64,000 bases of DNA from Chlorokybus atmophyticus. Its lineage: Eukaryota; Plantae; Mesostigma and Chlorokybus algae. Below are positions 60,626 to 64,000 of the stretch, piece after piece. Below the pieces are notes generated by a model. It saw only the letters and a list, made by a program, of their open reading frames with translations. It did not search any database and had not been told where the DNA came from. How positions within the stretch are numbered: position 1 is the first letter of the stretch; each line of letters opens with the position of its first letter. Location of the stretch: contig RHPI01002262.1 of the NCBI GenBank assembly GCA_009103225.1, forward strand, positions 1,002,585 to 1,066,584. The letters run 5' to 3'. A program made the translations under genes and the position numbers.

Positions 60626-61779
60626 CCCAAACCACAATCACGTTGCGGTCCTTTCCATTTCATGTGTTACAAGGCAGGATCAATCGCGTGTACAGCTAGT
60701 TATCGATCGGTGTCCAGCCGCAGTCCTTACCATAATGCAATTCATTGTGCGCAGCGGCTTCTCCAGACCTGTCGCGGATGAGGCGATGGTGACACCCCCT
60801 TGTTCCCAACACATTGCTTGTTCATGCCCATTACGTACTCGTATGCGCTCTGCGAAAGATGATTTTTGGGCATATGTTGATCTACGCATGAGGCAACCAT
60901 ATGTGCATGTCAGACACAACTTGAAAATAATTTATAATGAGTTGCCATTTACATGGATAGGCAGATGAGCATGTATACAGCATTGACCACATTTGATTGT
61001 TACCTAACAACATGATCAAAGTTCACCTCGTCTGTCCAATTTAACATCACATAAAAAATCAAGATGTTGATAAACTCACATATGAGGATAATTCATGCAA
61101 TATTGACATATTGTTACACATCATATTGCTGTAGCGTCAAAGTTGAGCAATGCTTATGTTTTTCGACAAACGTCAGAATGTAAACATGTTCACATACATA
61201 CAATTACTATGCTTCTATCATCGCATTACTACATACATATGTATTGATATTCTTGTGCGTAATAAATATGTAGCTCATATTCTTATAAACAAATTGCTGT
61301 TGCCAACTAATATTGCATGAATATACGCGTTTTGCATTCATACAATTGTAAAAGCATGTTAATAATAGCTTGATGTTAATGTGTTGCAACTAGTTTGTTA
61401 TAGATATACACATGCGTTCACATGTTATGCCTTTATCTTGCTTTGTATCTTAAAAATACGTCTTTACACATCAACATGTGTTTTGTATAACCAACCAAGA
61501 ACTTTAGCTCGTGTCATCTCAATATCTGCTTGGTCAGTCTACCCTCATTGTAATTTAAACTCTTTTGGGACATCTTCGCAATGGTGACAATTGTTTGTGT
61601 GATTAAACTACGCGGGGCAATATTGCTTCTTGATAATCACTATCACACTTTCTGTAAGGACAATTGGTGCCGGTAGCAAATGTCATCATAATGTCATCAT
61701 GAGGTTGATTATTATACCTTAATCCATTGATCTATTGAAGTTTTATACAATACCTCATTTGTAACGATACTATTTACTT

Positions 61780-62200
61780 GTTGGTCGGGGCTTGGCAAAT
61801 CTATGCACAAGCACCAAGAACTTACAGTGGTAGTCTCACTAGCACCATGGTGCAGGGGAAGTTGCAGCAGCGCACGAAGGAAGGAGAGGATGACCACCAA
61901 CCTCTCCACACAACTTCAGCCCCAGGCACATCCACGCCCAAGACACCCACATGCACACACACGACACCACACAACACAAGGGATGAGGGGGAGAGCCCTT
62001 TCAACAACTACAACCAGGCACCCCACACACAAGTGGCCCTCAGGTGGTGAACACACTTCGATGTCTTGATCAATACTAACCCGATCCCTTACTCAAGGCT
62101 GCAACTGAGCATATATACCACATGCTGCTCTCCCAAGCACACAGGATGTCCAAGGCCGCCTAGGCCTTGTCACCATGCGCTGACCTTGTCCTAACATCGG
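61780..62200 (+). pseudogene. Possible non-LTR retrotransposon relic
   Basis: Short frames (AWQIYAQAPRTYSGSLT; LDQY*PDPLLKAATEHIYHML) with TE-like character but no diagnostic motif. Confidence 0.2.
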
Positions 62201-62892
62201 AAGCTACAAACTCCACCTCGGGAGGATTAAACCACCTCGGATTCTTATAGGACAATCCTACCTCGGAATCACAAGTTTAGGCTCCCATAGTATCATGGGA
62301 GCGTGAACTTGTGTACTAGTACACATGTCCTTGCGGATTGCCCACGTGCACCACTTGCCTTGCGACTGTCACACCTGTGGCAAATCGCACTGCCACAGTC
62401 CACAACAAGTGGTTTGCCAAGTGATCTTGGCTCACATACTTGTAACTGCCCCTGCACGTGGCAACTTGCACTACTACTCGCAATAACAAGAGCTTACATG
62501 CCATAAGCATTGACCAGCTCTGTGCTAGCCCTCATCAATGCCTTGTGTAGTTTAACATCTTTCAAGGCAACATAGGCTCAAGAGCGGACCGCATGAGAGC
62601 ACACATATTAAGCACTTACACACGCTAATGAAATGGAAAATCCCACTCAGTCCCTTCTTCCAACATAAGTAAGGGTCAGAGAATTACCTTTGTCACCCTC
62701 ATAATCGTGACATCATTATAATAACCAGTTATTACTATAATGATAAGTAACAATGCGATGTAGTGATCAATTGTTAATGTACCAAAATGTCCAACTCTTG
62801 GCCGATGCATTACATGCAAGCGATACATAACTGCTTTGCTGCTACGATTTATAGAAATCCGTGAGATTGCCCTCACTCATGGCAGTGACTTT

Positions 62893-62985
62893 TGCTGCCA
62901 TAGCCTCATGGTTGGAGCCCCCTTTTTGCACTGGTATCGGATGCTTGAGGTCGTGGGTTTGAATCTTGTTGGGGGATAGAGCACA
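62893..62985 (+). other. Degenerate tRNA-like (A-box/B-box) sequence, possible SINE head
   Basis: TAGCCTCATGGTTGGAGC resembles an A box; GGGTTTGAATC resembles a B box. Confidence 0.3.
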
Positions 62986-63276
62986 CGACAGCTTTTTAAA
63001 GTGATCAGGGGAATTTAACGCAAATGGGGGACGTCGATAAATCGATTTGCCGCGGGCGTGGGTTCGGACCTGCGTGCTGAGCTAATTTGACCTCAGCCGC
63101 GTAAGCGGTCGTATCCTATGGCAGGTCGCGTCGTAAGACGGTGAGGGTGGCCGGTGCTAGGTCGGTAGAGTACTGATTGTGGGCTCATACATGCCAATAG
63201 GCCGCGGGCGGGTCAGTTGTGGGCGGCCGTATTATGGAGACGCAGGTTGAACCCCCAAAAAGGGAACCTGGCGGGT

Positions 63277-63330
63277 CAAGTTGGGGAGGAATGTCACGGA
63301 TTCGTATACATCGTAGCAGGCCTCGCTTAT
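63277..63330 (+). repeat. Possible PPT followed by an LTR start
   Basis: AAGTTGGGGAGGAA|TGTCACGGA resembles AAGTGGGGGGGAA|TGTCACGGA at the TRIM 3' LTR. Confidence 0.35.
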
Positions 63331-64000
63331 GGCAACAGCTGTTGCTGCCATATCCAAGTGGTCGGAACCCCTTTTGTTACATTTGCATATGATTACTTTT
63401 GCCAAAGTAGGCATGGGTATAACTTGTGACACTTGACCCTCAGGTTCTACTGCCTGCTCTTGCTGCTGTCAACTTGCCCGCTATCATCCCCCACCTCCTT
63501 GCATGCACTTGGGCAGCGCATGTAGTTTCCGCCCTTACCCGTTGGCAATTGAGAGTGTCTATGTGTTGGATTGCTGGCTGTGCGTGTTGAGCTTGCTTGT
63601 GAGTGTGCTTGCTGCTTAAAACCTACTGGAAAGCCCATACAATAAAGCAATTGTCTGGTGCAACCCATGTCATAATGACACAACCTCGCTAGGTAGCATC
63701 GCGCTGTAGTGATCAACGGTCACTGTATCGAAGGAGCGACAATTCCTTGAAGACGCAAAATGGGAAGAAGCTTATGCCGGTAGTCTATGATTGAAGCACA
63801 CGGACGATCGTGACGAAGCATGGCGACGTAGGTAGGCCGCGAAACGTGGTAAAGCTTGTGTGAACGCATGCGTAGCTGACCGCAGCGCTAATGACTGCAA
63901 ATTCAGTGCCGTCAGTCGGCGCTGTTGGTATTGTGACCGACATTGTGACGATAGTAATTTGGAAGCGGCCGTTATGAAATACAATGGACATCGTACAATT

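Noticed and set aside
54474-60637. Long antisense and alternate-frame ORFs over GCP6 as overlapping genes
   Set aside because: Expected in GC-rich exons; no motifs and no independent splice structure.

Overview
Eukaryotic nuclear DNA, most likely from a green alga (GCP6 resembles the land-plant protein, so possibly an early streptophyte; this is inference). There are three compartments. (1) About 1-48 kb is a block of nested, decayed retroelements: three chromodomain Ty3/gypsy elements (1-4667 +, 13876-20801 -, 35727-43199 +), two different tyrosine-recombinase (DIRS-order) retrotransposon families, Copia-type LTRs and a gag-only Copia derivative, a 494-bp TRIM and several tandem arrays. One DIRS family has the recombinase on the opposite strand to RT/RNaseH (~8.5-12.9 kb). 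The other has split direct repeats (A1...B1-A2-B2; 26196-33044 -), a truncated second copy, and two 499-bp 'solo' derivatives inserted without target duplication. (2) 48.4-60.6 kb is a compact island of four intron-rich host genes in two head-to-head pairs: a cyanobacterial-type LptD/DUF3769-like beta-barrel candidate, a Tat-targeted proline-iminopeptidase-like protein lacking the catalytic Ser and His, mitochondrial-type ribosomal protein S6, and gamma-tubulin complex component GCP6. (3) 60.7-64 kb holds weak repeat relics. The best leads are an N6-adenine-methyltransferase-like module between Gag and protease in two chromoviruses, the solo split-repeat elements with a reconstructed palindromic circle junction, and the LptD-like gene. 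All homology calls come from motif recognition by eye; no searches were run.
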